DNA of 64,000 nt from Ophelia neglecta (Eukaryota), in NCBI GenBank assembly GCA_965285935.1, contig OZ260665.1, forward strand, positions 5,952,001 through 6,016,000, in the 5' to 3' direction. Shown here piece by piece: positions 26,901 to 41,900 of this stretch. The notes under the pieces are model-generated. The model was not told where the DNA came from. It made no database searches and saw nothing but the letters and a program-made list of their open reading frames with translations. The stretch's first letter is position 1, and every line of letters begins with the position of its first letter. The position numbers and the translations under genes are program-made.

Positions 26901-29900
26901 TATAAACTGTATATATAAAATAGCCTTATATATTTCATAAATGAATAGAATGTTCTTCATGGACATCTGACTGACCTGTACAGGTGACTCCATCTCCCGA
27001 GAAGCCTGTCCTACATGTACACGTGTATGACCCCGCTGGTGTGTTGGAGCAATCAGCGTTGACATTACAGTTATTAGCCCCACTGCATTCATCATCATCT
27101 GCGAGTAGAAAACATGGCTCAAGAGGAAATATAAAAGGACACGTCCCTATATTTGTAATTACAAGCTGAAATATCATCTACACGTAAGGTTACATAGCGG
27201 TCATTTAAAGTAATCAAACACTGATACATTACCTAATATTTATGTTTAGAAGATTGTTTTAATTGTCTGTCTATATAAATCGAAACAAATATTAAAATGT
27301 TTAGTTTTTTGCATTTTCAGAGCGTTCTATTTAATACTTAAGCACTTTCACAGGGAGTATTTTGAACAAAATTGTGTTGATTTGTTTTAATTTGTCATTT
27401 TAGATAATATATTATTTATTACAAAAATGACGTGGTAAAAATTCAGTTAGTGCTTTTAATCGATTTGCTATTGTATAAAACGATTAAACCTACACACCTA
27501 AATCTTTGTATTTAGACGATCACAACCTGTAACATTGGAGGCTTTTGGCTTGTAGCAGAATGTGATTAATAATTGAGTATCTAATGATGTTTCTAGTTAT
27601 CAGGTTGCCTTGCTCTATCACGTGTATCTGGGTTATTAGTATCGGTCAGATAAAATTGAGATGGCGTATGTAGGTTTTTTTAAATTTAACACTGAACGTA
27701 GCTACTTGTTTTGTAAAGCTGAATCACAGCATAAGTGTAACATAGCGGTCACTAACAGACACGGTAATTGGACGATATTGCAGGAAGGTAAGTACTAATT
27801 ATATAACAAAAGAAAGACGTTCCACTGAATACCTTTCAAGAGTTTTCCCTCTCTTTTAAACATTTACTGACCTATAGTTACGTGACACCGAGAAGTATAT
27901 CCCTTCCGTTAACCGAATATCATCCACATAAATTATATCAAATTTATCATTAAAATTAAAGGAAATATATAAGCTGTATATACAATTATTTAAGCAGCTT
28001 ATTTAAACTATCTTTTTATCCTTCAATAGTGAAAAATATATTCAGTTGATTATAAACTATCGTAAAGGAAATACAAGTGTGTGCCAATGGCCGCAAATGG
28101 GACGAAATGTATTTCAAATATATAAATATAACTTGAGATTATTGATTTCAGAAGTTTATATAAAATAGCCTGATATATTTCATTAATGAATCGAATGTTC
28201 ACTTGATGATAATATATTTCAAGATACACGCATTATTACTAGGATGGGCCAATGGCCGTAAATCGGACTTAACGTATTTCAGCAGAGCAGGACTTAACAA
28301 ATAAGTAATTATTTCATGGACATCTGACTGACCTGTACAGGTGACTCCATCTCCCGAGAAGCCTGTCCTACATGTACACGTGTATGACCCCGCTGGTGTG
28401 TTGGAGCAATCAGCGTTGACATTACAGTTATTAACCCCACTGCATTCATCATCATCTGCGAGTAGAAAACATGGCTCAAGAGGAAATATAAAAAGGACAC
28501 GTCCCTATATTTGTAATTAAAAGCTGAAATATCATCTACACGTAAGGTTACATAGCGGTCATTTAAAGTAATCAAACACTGATACATTACCTAATATTTA
28601 TGTTTAGAAGATTGTTTTAATTGTCTGTCTATATAAATCGAAATAAATATTAAAATGTTGAGTTTTTTGCATTTCCAGAGCGTTCTATTTAATACTTAAG
28701 CACTTTTACAGGGAGTATTTTGAACAAAATTGTGTTGATTTGTTTTAATTTGTCATTTTAGATAATATATTATTTATTACAAAAATGTCGTAGCAAAGAT
28801 TCAGCCAGTTCTTTAAATCGATTTGCTATTGTTTGAAACGATTAAACCTACGCACGCTAGTCTTTGTATCTAGACGATCACAACCTGGGAGTTTTTTGAC
28901 GTGTAGCAGAATGTGATTATATAATTGAGTATCTTGTGATGTTTTTACTTATAAGGTTGCCTTGCTCTAACACGTGTATCTGGGTTATTAGTACTGGTCA
29001 GATTAAATTGAAGTGGCGTATGTAGGTTTTTTCTATTAAACACTGAATGAAGCTACTTGTTTTGTAAAGCAGAACCCAAGCATAAGTGTAATATAGTGGC
29101 ACTAACAGACACAGTAATTGGACGACACCGAGAAGTATATACCTTCCGTTAATCGAATATCATCCACATAAATGATATCTAATTTATCATTAAAATTAAA
29201 GGAAATATATAAGCTGTTTATTGAATTATTTAAGCAGCTTATTTTAACTATTTGTTTATCCTTCAATAGTGAAAAGTATGTTCAGTTGATTATAAACTAT
29301 CGTAAAGATACCCATAGGGGGCAAAGATAATTATTTCATGGACATCTGACTTACCTGTACAGGTGACTCCATCTCCCGAGAAGCCTGTCCTACATGTACA
29401 CGTGTATGACCCCGCTGGTGTGTTGGAGCAATCAGCGTTGACATTACAGTTATTAGCCCCACTGCATTCATCATCATCTGCGAGTAGAAAACATGGCTCA
29501 AGAGGAAATATAAAAAGGACACGTCCCTATATTGGTAATTACAAGCTGAAATATCATCTACACGTAGGGTTACATAGCGGCCATTTAAAGTAATCAAACA
29601 CTGATACATTACCTAATATTCATGTTTAGAAGGTTGTTTTAATTGTCTGTCTATATAAATCGAAACAAATATTAAAATGTTTAGTTTTTTGCATTTCCAG
29701 GGCGTTCTATTTAATACTTAAGCACTTTCACAGGGAGTATTTTGAACAAAATTGTGTTGATTTGTTTTAATTTGTCATTTTAGATAATATATTATTTATT
29801 ACAAAAATGACGTAGTAAAAATTCAGTTAGTGCTTTAAATCGATTTGCTATTGTATAAAACGATTAAACCTACACACCTAAATCTTTGTATTTAGACGAT

Positions 29901-32900
29901 CACAACCTGTAACATTGGAGGCTTTTGGCTTGTAGCAGAATGTGATTAATAATTGAGTATCTAATGATGTTTCTAGTTATCAGGTTGCCTTGCTCTATCA
30001 CGAGTATCTGGGTTATTAGTATCGGTCAGATAAAATTGAGATGGCGTATGTAGGTTTTTTTAAATTTAACACTGAACGTAGCTACTTGTTTTGTAAAGCT
30101 GAATCACAGCATAAGTGTAACATAGCGGTCACTAACAGACACGGTAATTGGACGATATTGCAGGAAGGTAAGTACTAATTATATAACAAAAGAAAGACGT
30201 TTCACTGAATACCTTTCCAGAGTTTTCCCTCTCTTTTAAACATTTACTGACCTATAGTTACGTGACACCGAGAAGCATATCCCTTCCGTTAACCGAATAT
30301 CATCCACATAAATTATATCAAATTTATCATTAAAATTAAAGGAAATATATAAGCTGTATATACAATTATTTAAGCAGCTTATTTAAACTATCTTTTTATC
30401 CTTCAATAGTGAAAAATATGTTCAGTTGATTATAAACTATCGTAAAGGAAATACAAGTGTGTTCCAATGGCCGCAAATGGGACGAAATGTATTTCAAATA
30501 TATAAATATAACTTGAGATTATTGATTTCAGAAGTTTATATAAAATAGCCTGATATATTTCATTAATGAATCGAATGTTCACTTGATGATAATATATTTC
30601 AAGATACACGCGTTATTACTAGGATGGGCCAATGGCCGGAAATCGGACTTAATGTATTTCAGCAGAGGAAGACTTAACAAATAAGTCATTATTTCATGGA
30701 CATCTGACTGACCTGTACAGGTGACTCCATCTCCCGAGAAGCCTGTCCTACATGTACACGTGTATGACCCCGCTGGTGTGTTGGAGCAATCAGCGTTGAC
30801 ATTACAGTTATTAGCCCCACTGCATTCATCGTCATCTGCGAGTAGAAAACATGGCTCAAGAGGAAATATAAAAAGGACACGTCCCTATATTTGTAATTAA
30901 AAGCTGAAATATCATCTACACGTAAGGTTACATAGCGGTCATTTAAAGTAATCAAACACTAATACATTACCTAATATGTATGTTTAGAAGATTGTTTTAA
31001 TTGTCTGTCTATATAAATCGAAACAAATATTAAAATGTTTAGTTTTTTGCATTTTCAGAGCGTTCTATTTAATACTTAAGCACTTTTACAGGGAGTATTT
31101 TGAACAAAATTGTGTTGATTTGTTTTAATTTGTCATTTTAGATAATATATTATTTATTACAAAAATGTCGTAGTAAAGATTCAGCCAGTTCTTTAAATCG
31201 ATTTGCTATTGTTTGAAACGATTAAACCTACGCACGTAAGTCTTTGTATCTAGACGATCACAACCTGGGAGTTTTTTGACGTGTAGCAGAATGTGATTAT
31301 ATAATTGAGTATCTTGTGATGTTTTTACTTATAAGGTTGCCTTGCTCTAACACGTGTATCTGGGTTATTAGTACTGGTCAGATTAAATTGAAGTGGCGTA
31401 TGTAGGTTTTTTCTATTAAACACTGAATGAAGCTACTTGTTTTGTAAAGCAGAACCCAAGCATAAGTGTAATATAGTGGCACTAACAGACACAGTAATTG
31501 GACGACACCGAGAAGTATATCCCTTCCGTTAATCGAATATCATCCACATAAATGATATCTAATTTATCATTAAAATTAAAGGAAATATATAAGCTGTTTA
31601 TTGAATTATGTAAGCAGCTTATTTAAACTATCTGTTTATCCTTCAATAGTGAAAAGTATGTTCAGTTGATTATAAACTATCGTAAAGATACCCATAGGGG
31701 GCAAAGATAATTATTTCATGGACATCTGACTGACCTGTACAGGTGACTCCATCTCCCGAGAAGCCTGTCCTACATGTACACGTGAATGACCCCGCTGGTG
31801 TGTTGGAGCAATCAGCGTTGACATTACAGTTATTAGCCCCACTGCATTCATCATCATCTGCGAGTAGAAAACATGGCTCAAGAGAAATATAAAAAGGACA
31901 CGTCCCTATTTTTGTAATTACAAGCAGAAATATCATCTACACATAAAGTTACATAACGGGACTTTAAAGAAATCAAACACTGATACATTACCCAATATTG
32001 ATGTATAGAAGATTGATTTAATTTACCGTCTAGATACATCGAAATAAAAATTAAAATGTTGAGTTTTTTGCATTTCCAGAGCGTTCTATTTAATACTTAA
32101 GCACTTTCACAGGGAGTACTTTTGAACAAAATTGTGTTGATTTGTTTTAATTTGTCATTTTAGATAATATATTATTTATTACAAAAATGTCGTAGTAAAA
32201 ATTCGGCTAGTTTTTTAAATCAAAATGTATAATATATAATATATATATAATATTATGATGATTAATTTCAGGAGCTTATATAAAATAGGTTCATTAATGA
32301 ATAGATTTTTTCGCTTCATTATAACGGGTCGTAAAGTTACCACTTGTAAAAAAAAGGCCGTACATCGGACTTAAAGTATTTCAGCAGAGGAGGACTTTAC
32401 AAATAAGTAAATTGTTCATTTAGGTCTGACCTGTACAAGTGATTCCATCTCCCGAGAAGCCTGTCAGACAGGTACACGTGTATGACCCCGCTGGGGTGTT
32501 GGAGCAATCAGCGTTGACATTACAGTTGTTAGTTCCACTGCATTCATCGTCGTCTGCGAGAAGACAAAAATGCATTAACATGGCTAAAAAATGAAAAAAG
32601 TCCCTTATTTTGTAATTACAAGTTGGACTTATTTAACAAATCAAATAAAATAATAAAAATTGTATGAACTGAGACTTTAATAACACTTTTCTAATATTGA
32701 TTTTTCGGGAAGGCTTCTCCTAAAAGTTTCTGTCTAAGTTAATAGAAACATAGATAAAGCATCATAGTGTATTTTGTTCAAGTTCAAATTTATTCTTCTT
32801 CAGTCTAAAGAATTTACAAAGTACCAGTTTAAAGGAAACATTGTATAGTTTTTATTACAAATAAATATATATTATACAGTTTCATAAATTAACACTTGTT

Positions 32901-35900
32901 CTTAAATAAAAACATAGATTGCAGCATGATCTGACCTGTACAGGTGACTCCATCTCCCGAGAAGCCTGTCCTACAGGTACACGTGTATGACCCCGCTGGT
33001 GTGTTGGAACAATCAGCGTTGACATTACAGTTGTTAGTTCCACTGCATTCATCGTCGTCTGCGAGAATATCATCATGCATTAACATGGCAATGTAAAGTG
33101 AAAATGTCCCTAATTCAGTAATAATAAGTTAAACTTAATTCTTCAGATCAAATATGATAACATAAATTATACCAAATGGGAAACTGATACCACATTATCT
33201 AATATTCATTAGTCTGGAAGCCTTTTTATAAAATATATCTGACTAACTCATTTTAACAAATACAAAGTATCATAGTGTGTTTTGTTACAATTCAATTTGT
33301 TCTACTTTAGTCAAAACACTTATACAGGTAACAGGTTAAAACAAACACTGTAGAGTTGTTATTTTAGATAAATATATTATACATTTTAATAAACAATGAT
33401 CGATTGTTCTTTAACCAAATTCCTGCAATGAATATTAAAACTACACACGACAATCTAAGGATTTAGATGTTAAAACCTATATGGGTAAGCAACGTTTAGC
33501 TATTTGGCTTTCCATCCCAAGTGGGGAAAATGACATAACACAAGGTTACCATTTACAAGTATCAGTTTTGTGCAATTTATGCGTTCGGCTGATGAAATAT
33601 ATTGGATAACCAATGAAACACCAATCATCGATTATTTTTATATGTTGAATGCGTTCGGTAGATTAACTCATCAATCGGACAACATAGTCTGGGTTATTCT
33701 GTTCGTAACTTGGCAATTTATAGCAATGGTAGGATTAAATAAATTACTTTGTTAATGTAACCATATATTTGCAAGGGGAACGTCAGTCAAAAATTTAAAG
33801 CAAGAAGCAGTTTAAGAGTAAGCTATAAAAGCTGTAATAATGCAGGATTTACCTTTGGTCAGTCTTATCAATCTTATAGCAAAACAGAAGTAGAATAATG
33901 ACAGGATTCAGGCGTTGTTTTAGCTGTTTTCCCACGCTTAATTAGTGAAACCATTATTTGCCTGTCAATAATAGATAATCAAACGCAAGCTAGATGTACA
34001 ATTAAATTATTTGAACTTTCGCATGCTAGCGGCAAAGGACATTAGAAATAAATTAAGAGTTTGCATGTATATCTGACCTGTACATGTGACTCCATCTCCC
34101 GAGTAGCCTGTCTGACAGGTACACGTGTATGACCCCGCTGGTGTGTTGGAGCAATCAGCGTTGACATTACAGTTGTTAGTTCCACTGCATTCATCGTCGT
34201 CTGCGAGAATATCAACATGCATTAACATGGCTATATAAAACGAAAAACATCCCTTATTTTCTAATTACAAGTTGAACTAAATTCAACAGATCAAGTATAA
34301 AAATACATATTTTACAAACTAAAACATTAATAACACTTTTTCTAATATTGATTTCTCGGGAAGGCTTTTACTAAAAGTCTCTCTCTAGGTTTATGTAAAC
34401 AAAGATAAAGAATCATAGTGTGTTTTGTTACAGGTCAACATTATTCTGCTTCGGTCTAAACAATTTTTAAAAGTAGCATGTTAAAAGAAAACACTGTTAT
34501 ACCAATTAAATATATATTATACAGTTTTATAGATTAACATTTGTTTTTTATCCAAATACTCATAGATATGGGCATTGATGCAGTGAAAGACAATAGAAAT
34601 AATAAATAGTTTACATGTATATCTGACCTGTACAAGTGACTCCATCTCCCGAGAAGCCTGTCTTACATGTACACGTGTACGATCCTGGTGGTGTGTTGGA
34701 ACAATCAGCGTTGAAATTACAGATATTAGCCCCACTGCACTCATCGTCATCTGCGAGGACAAACATTGCATTAAAATGTCAATATAATGTGAAATACGTT
34801 CATAATACTGTTATCACAAGTTGAAATATAGTTTACACATACACGTATGATAAGGATTATTTTACGAAATCAAACTCTGATACTCAATAATACAACGATG
34901 TAGACTGAATCGACTCATCTAATCAAACATAAAAAATAATAATATACACAGTAAGAATAATTATGTGTTTCATTAAAGAAGAGGTTACGTTTTCTGTTTG
35001 TATGTGCGACAATAGTGTATAGAGTTGTTATGTGTTGTTATTATAATTCTATATATTACTCATTGCATAATATTAAGCGTTTAAACTACTGCTCGTTCTA
35101 AAGAGTAATAACAATCATATATTTATCATAACAAAGTGAATTTTTGGACTTGGATAATAGTAACAGATAAACCATTATCTTCAAAATCCAAATTGGTAAC
35201 CATATGGGTAAATATATTTAAACCATTTGTACGCTGCTACCCCGATGAGAATACGTCATAGGGAAATAAGGGTAACATATTCTTATATCGATATTGTGGA
35301 ATATATGTGATGAGGTAATAAATTATAACAGAACAAAAGCAAGTCAATTTTAATTATATGTTGATTGCTTGTTACCGGGAGGTCGACATCAATTGGATAA
35401 CATAACTAAGGGAATTCGGATTTTTGCATGGCAATATATGTCAATGATAGATTTAAGCCATTTCTTTGGTGATAGATTCTAACCTTAACGAAGTGAATTT
35501 CAGTTTCGCACAGAATGCTATAAATATCTTTAAAGGAAAACATTAAAAGTTTGATAATGAAGATTTTATTTTAGCTTACATTTCATGTATAACGGAAAGA
35601 AAGATCAAGTAAGTTAAGGACTGAGTCCAAGCATTTCAATAAGCTGGCATACAATGCTCCATTCAAGAACATGCGGTTAGTTTGTTGAAAATGTATCGAA
35701 ATGATAAAACCTAGAATAAAAAGGCAGGGAAAATAACCGTAAATAGGGCAAGCAGTATTTCAGCAGACACGGACTTTACAATAAGTAAACATTCTCATGT
35801 ATATCTGACCTGTACAAGTGACTCCATCTCCCGAGTAGCCTGTCTGACAGGTACACGTGTATGACCCCGCCGGTGTGTTGGAACAATCAGCGTTGACATT

Positions 35901-38900
35901 ACAGTTGTTAGTTCCACTGCATTCATCGTCATCTGCGAGAATATCAAAATGCATTAACATGGCAATATAAGGGGAAATACGTCCCTAATTCTGTAAAAAC
36001 ACGTAAATCTAATTCCTTCACATCAAATATAATAGAATAAATTTTACCAAATGAGAAATTGATACCAAATTTTCAAATACTGATTTGTCGGGAAGACTTT
36101 TCTCAAATGGGTCTGTCTAGGCCCATGTATTCAAATATAAAGAGTCTTATTTTCTTTTTTTTACATTTCAATATGTTCTACTTCAATCTAAAAATCTTTT
36201 ACAGGTTGCAGGTTAAAACAAACCACTGTAGAGATGTTATTTAAAAATATATATTATACATTTCAACAAAAATTACTCCAATGAATATTAAAGCTACACA
36301 CGACAATCTTAGGGTTTAGATATTAAAACCCATATGGGTAATCACCTTATAGCTATTTGGCCTTCCCTCCCAAGTGGGAAAGAAGACATCAAATAAGGTT
36401 ATCATTTACTGGTATCAGTGTTTGTGCAATTTATGCGTTCAGTAGATGACTTACAATGGATACCAAACTAAACACCAATTGTCGATTTTATTTATATGTT
36501 GATTGCTTTTCGGAAGATAAGCTCATCAATCGGACAACATAGTCTGGGCTATTCTTTTCGTAGCTTGGCAATTTACAGCAATGGTAGTATTCAATAAACT
36601 ACTTTGGTAATGAAACCATATGTTTTCAAGGCGAACGCCAGTCAACCATTTAAAGCTAGAAGCAGCTTTAGAGGAAGCTAGAAAAGCTGAAATAATGCAG
36701 AATGTGCCTTGGGTAAAAGGTCTTATCAATCTTATAGCAAAACGGAAGTGTTAATATGACAGAATTCAGGCATTATTTTTAGCTGCTTTCCCACGCTTTA
36801 TTAATAAAACATTATTAGCGTGTCGATAATCAAACACAAGCAAGAAGTACAATTAAATTATTAGACCTAACGCATGTTAGTAGTAAAAGTCATTAGAAAA
36901 AAATAAAAAGTTTGCATGTATATCTGACCTGTACAAGTGACTCCATCTCCCGAGAATCCTGTCTTACAGGTACACGTGTATGACCCCGCGGGTGTGTTGG
37001 AGCAATCAGCGTTGACATTACAGTTGTTAGTTCCACTGCATTCATCGTCATCTGCGAGAAAAACAAAAATGCATTAACATGGCTATATAAAAGGAAAAAT
37101 ATCCCTAATTTTGTAATAACAAGTTGAACTAAATTCAACAGATCAAGTATAATATTACATATTGTACGAAATAAGACATTAATAACACTTTTTCTAATAA
37201 TGATTTTTCTTGAAGGCTTTTACTAAATGTCTCTGTCTAGGCTCATGTAAACAAAGATAAAGAATTAAAGTGTGTTATGGTACAAGTCAATTTTATTCGT
37301 CTTCGATCTAATTAATTTTTTAGAAGTAGCAGGTTAAAAGAATACACTGTTTTACCAAATAAATATATATTATACAGTTTTATAAATTAACATTTGTTCT
37401 TTAACCGAATTACTCTCATGAATAAGGGCATTGATGCAGTGAAAGACATTAGAAATAAATAAATAATTTACATGTATATCTGACCTGTACATGTGACTCC
37501 ATCTCCCGAGAAGCCTGTCTTACAGGTACACGTGTATGACCCCGCTGGTGTGTTGGAACAATCAGCGTTGAAATTACAGTTATTAGCCCCACTGCACTCA
37601 TCGTCATCTGCGAGGACAAAAATTGCATTAATAGTCAATATAATGTGAAATACGTTTATAAGTATGTAATCACAAGTTGAAATATAGTATACACATACAC
37701 GTATGATAAGATTATTTTACGAAATCAAACTCTGATACTCAATTATACAACGTTGTAAGAATGAATCGTATCTTCTAATCAAACATAATAAATAATAATA
37801 TACACAGTAAGAATAATTATGTGTTTCATTAAAGAAGAGGTTACGTTTTCTGTTAGTATGTGCGACAATAGTGTATAGAGTTGTTATGTGTTGTTATTAT
37901 AATTCAATATATTACTCATTGCATAATATTCAGCATTTAAACTACTGCTCGTACTAAAAATGAATAACAATCATATATTTATCATAACAAAGTGAATTTT
38001 TGGACTTGGATAATAGTAACAGATAAACTATTATCTTCAAAATCCAAAATGGTAACCATATCGGTAAATATATTTAAACCATTTGTACTCTGCTACCCCG
38101 AGGAGAATACGTCATAGGGAAACAGGGGTAACATCTACTTCTATATATGTTGTGGAATATGTGCGATCGGGTAATACATTACAACAGATAGAAATTAAAC
38201 GAAAGCAAGTCAATTTTAAAACAAGGGTAACTTCTTCTTTCATCGATATTGTGAGATATATGTGATGGGGTAATAAATTATAAAATATAGAAATTAAATG
38301 AAAGCAAATCAATGTTAATAATATGTTGATTGCTCGTTACCGGAGAGTCGACATCAATTGGATAACATAACTAAGGGAATTCGGATTTTTGCATGGCAAT
38401 ATATGTCAATGATAGTTTTAAGCCATTTCTTTGGTGATAGATTCTAACCTTAACAAAGTGAATTTCAGTTTCGCACAGAATGCTAGAAATATCTTTAATG
38501 GAAAACATTAAAAGTTTGATAATGAAGATTTTATTTAAGCTTACATTTCATGTATAACGGAAAAGAAAGATTAAGTATGTTAAGGACTGAGTCCAAGCAT
38601 TTCAATAAGCTGGCATGCAATGCTCCATTCAAGAACATGCAGTTAGTTTGCTGAAAATGTATCGAAAAGATAAAATCTAGAATAAAAAGGCAGGGAAAAT
38701 AACCGTAGATAGGGCAAGTAGTATTTCAGCAGACACGGACTTTACAATAAGTAAACATTCTGATTTATATCTGACCAGTACAAATGACTCCATCTCCCGA
38801 GTAGCCTGTCTTACAGGTACACGTGTATGACCCCGCTGGTGTGTTGGAACAATCAGCGTTGACATTACAGTTGTTAGTTCCACTGCATTCATCGTCGTCT

Positions 38901-41900
38901 GCAAGAAGACCAAAATGTATAAACATGGCATTATAAAACGAAAAACATCCCTAATTTTGTAATTAAAAGTTGGACTAAATTCAACAGATCAAGTATAAAG
39001 ATACATATTGTCCGAACTGAAACGTTAATAACACTTTTTCTAATATTGATTTTTCGGGAAGGCTTTTCCTTAAGTCTCCCTCTTGGTTTATGTAAACAAA
39101 GATAAAGGATCATTGTGTGTTTTGTTACAAGTCAAATGTATTCTTCTTCGGTCTAAAGAATTTTTACAAGTAGCAGGCTAAAAGAAAGCATTGTTATTCC
39201 AAATAGATATCTATTATACAGTTTTATAATTGCACATTGGTTCTTTAACCAAATTACTCTCGTGGATAAGGGCATTTTAGCAGTGAAAGACATCAGAAAT
39301 AAATACAAAGTTTGCATCATGATCTGACCTGTACAAGTGACTCCATCTCCAGAGAAGCCTGTCTTACATGTACAGGTGTATGACCCCGCTGGTGTGTTGG
39401 AACAATCAGCGTTGAAATTACAGTTATTAGCCCCACTGCACTCATCGTCATCTGAGAGGACAAACATTGCATTAAAAAGTCAATATAATGTGAAATACGT
39501 TTATAATTCTGTAATTACAAGTTGAAATATAGTTTACACATACACGTATGATAAGATCATTTTACGAAATCAAACTCTGATACTCAATTATACAACGATG
39601 TAAGAATGAATCGTATCATCTAATCAAACATAATAAATAATAATATACACAGTAAGAGTAATAATGTGTTCCATTAAAGAAGAGGTTACGTTTTCTGTTA
39701 GTATGTTAGACAATAGTGTGTAGGTTTTTGATGAGTTATTATAATTTAATATATTATTCATTGCATAATATTCAGCATTTAAACTACTTCTCGTTCTAAA
39801 GACTAATCACAATCATATATATTTATCATAACAAAATGAATTTTTGGACTTGGATGATAGTAACAGGAAAAACTTTATCTTCAAAATCCAAAATGGTAAC
39901 CATATGGGTAAACATATTAAACCCATTTGTACTCTGCTACCCAGAGGAGAAAACTGCATAGGAAAACAAGGGTAACATCTTCGTTTATCGATGTTGGGGA
40001 ATATATGTGATGGGGTGATAAATTATAACAGATAGAAATTAAACGAAAGCAAGACAATTTTAATTAAATTTTGATTGCTTGTAACCGGAAGGTCGACATC
40101 ACATGGATAACGTAACTGAGAGAATCCGGTTGTTTGCATGGCAATATATGGCAATGAGAGTTTAAAGTCAATCCTTCGCGATAGATTATAACGTTAGCAA
40201 AGTGAATTTCAGTTTACGACAGAATACTATAAATATCTTTAAAGGAAACATAAAAAGTTTGATAATGAAGAGATATTTTAGCTTAGATTTCATGTCAAAC
40301 TGAAAAGAAGGATTAAATATGTTCAGGAATAAGTCCAGGCATTTATTTAGCTTGCATGCAATGCTCCATTCAAGAACATGCAGTTAGTTTGCTGAACATG
40401 TATCGAAAAGATAAGAACTAGAATAAAAAGGCCGGGCAAATAACCGTATTTAGGACATGCAGTATTTCCGCAGAGACGGGCTTTACAATAAGTAAACATT
40501 CTGATTTATATCTGACCTGTACAAGTGACTCCATCTCCTGAGTAGCCTGTCTTACAGGTACACGTGTATGACCCCGCTGGTGTGTTGGAACAATCAGCGT
40601 TGACATTACAATTGTTTGTTCCACTGCATTCATCGTCATCTGCGAGAATATCAACATGCATTAACATGGCAATGTAAAGTGAAATACGTCCCTAATTCTG
40701 TACTAACAAGTAGAAATAATTTCTTCACATCAAATATTATAATTTAAATTTTACCAAATGAGATATTGATAGCAAATTTACATATACTGATTTGTCGGGA
40801 AGTCTTTTTTCAAATGGATCTGTCTAGGCTCATGTAATCAAATATAAAGAGTCTTATTGTGTTTTTTTTTACAATTCAATATGTTCTTCTTCTATCTAAA
40901 TAGCTTTTACGGGTAACAGGTTAAATAAAACACTGTAGAATTGTTATTTAAAAAAAATATTATACATTTTAATGAACAACGATTGTTCTCTAACAAAAAT
41001 TACTCCAATGAATATTAAAGCTAAACACGACAATCTTAGGATTTAGATATTAAAACCCATATGGATAATCACCTTATAGCTATTTGGCCTTCCCTCCCAA
41101 GTGGGGTATCATTTACTAATATCAATGTTTGTGAAATTTATGCGTTCAGTCGATGTCTTACATAGGATAACAAACTAAACAGAAATCATCGATTTTAATT
41201 GTCTTAATGTTGAATGCCTTTCGGTAGATAAGCTTATCACTCGGACAACATTGTCTGGGTTATTCTGTTCATAACTTGGCAATCTATAGCAATGGTAGGA
41301 TTAAATAAATTACTTTCTTAATATAACGGTATATTTGCAAGGGTAACGTCAGTCGACAATTTAAAGATAGAACCAGCCTTAGAGGAAGCTAGAAAACCTG
41401 TAATCATGCAGAATTTACATTTGGTCAAAGGTCTTATCAATCTTATAACAAAACAGAAGTAAAAATAATGACAGAATTCAGGCGTTGTTTATAGCTGCTT
41501 TCCCAACCTTTATTAGTGAAAACATTATTAGTGTGTCGATTACCAAATACAAGCAGAAGTACAGAAATACAGAAGTACAATTAAATCATTGGAATGTTAG
41601 CAGTAATAGACATTAGAAATAAATAAAAATGTTTGCATGTATATCTGACCTGTACAAGTGACTCCATCTCCAGAGAAGCCTGTCTTACAGGTACACGTGT
41701 ATGACCCCGCTGGTGTGTTGGAACAATCAGCGTTGATATTACAGTTGTTTGTTCCACTGCATTCATCGTCGTCTGCGAGAAGACAAAAATGCATTAACAT
41801 GTCTATGTAAAACGAAAATATCCCTTATTGTGCTATAACAAGTTGAACTAAATGCAATATATCAAGTTTAAAAACACATATTGTACGAACTGAGACATTA